Origin: Malacoraja senta
Taxonomy: Eukaryota
Direction of reading: 5' to 3'
Length of the DNA stretch: 64,000 bases
Assembly: GCA_038087875.1 (NCBI GenBank)
Contig: CM075994.1
Coordinates: 8,434,001 to 8,498,000 of the forward strand
Of this stretch, positions 63,266 to 64,000 are shown piece after piece. The position numbers and the translations under genes are program-made. A model generated the notes under the pieces. The model did no database searches and was not told the origin of the DNA. It saw only the letters and a list, made by a program, of their open reading frames with translations. Within the stretch, counting starts at the first letter, position 1, and every line of letters starts with the position of its first letter.

Positions 63266-64000
63266 CCACCTGTCAGTGCGTTCACACGAATGTGCGAGTA
63301 TATGTACGTTTCAGTCGGTACATAGTTGGTACAGGTGAAAACGCACACCTCCAGATTCAGGGACAGTTTCTTCCCAGCTGTTATCAGGCAACTGATCCAT
63401 CCTACCACAACCAGAGAGTAGTGTGAACTACTAACTACCTCTTTGGTGACCCTGGGACTATCTTTGATCGGACTTTACTGGCTTTAGCTTGCGTTATTCC
63501 CTTATCATGTATCTGTACACTGTAAATGGCTCAAATGTAATCATGTATTGTCTTTCCGCTGACTGGATAGCACGCAACAAAAGTGTTTCTCTGTACCTCG
63601 GTACATGCGACAATAAACTAAACTGAACTAAGTGTGTAGGTAGGAACTGCAGATGCAGGTTTACACAGAAGAAAGACACAAAAAGCTGGAATAACTCAGC
63701 GGGACAGGCAGCATCTCTGAGAGAAGGAATGGGTGACGTTTCATCGAAACATAAAAAATAGGTACAGTAGGCCATTCAGCCCTTTGATTTCCTTTAGCCC
63801 TAGAGCTAAATCTAACTCTCTCTTGAAAACATCCAGTGAATTGGCCTTCACTGCCTTCTGTGGCAGATAATTCCACAGATTTTCACTCTTTGTGTGAAAA
63901 AGTGTTTCCTCATCTCAGTCCTAAATGGCCTATCCCTTATTCTGAAACTGTGACCCCTGGTTCTGGACTCCCCCAACATGAGGAACATCTAGCCTGTCCA

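Noticed and set aside
62863..63338. Cys/Val- and His/Thr-rich ORFs
   Set aside because: Translations of a (TG)n microsatellite.

Overview
Vertebrate genomic DNA, most likely a cartilaginous fish such as a skate or ray (inferred from the V-SINE/CR1 repeat landscape). The window covers the middle of one + strand complement C4 gene. I could assemble 21 GT-AG exons with consistent phases (978..62907; 2607 nt, 869 codons, no stops), equivalent to human C4 exons 15-35. They run from the end of the beta chain through the RMKR beta/alpha site, the C4a anaphylatoxin, the thioester domain and the RRTKR alpha/gamma site into the gamma chain. About 96% of the window is intron, packed with nested transposable elements: CR1, L2, Rex1-like and L1 LINEs, tRNA-derived V-SINEs, Penelope-like (PLE) fragments, a Tc1 element, Harbinger-type MITEs and a structurally complete but decayed DIRS1-type element. 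Most notable observations: (1) a divergent thioester domain (GCVEQ, a 7-aa deletion of the thioester-shielding loop, catalytic His kept, sulfotyrosine cluster reduced); (2) many minimal hammerhead-ribozyme-like motifs in the PLE-derived repeats; (3) two MITEs inserted independently at the same SINE site; (4) an L2 flanked by a ~238-bp duplication. There is no evidence of prokaryotic systems or CRISPR. All homology statements come from recalled sequences, not from searches.
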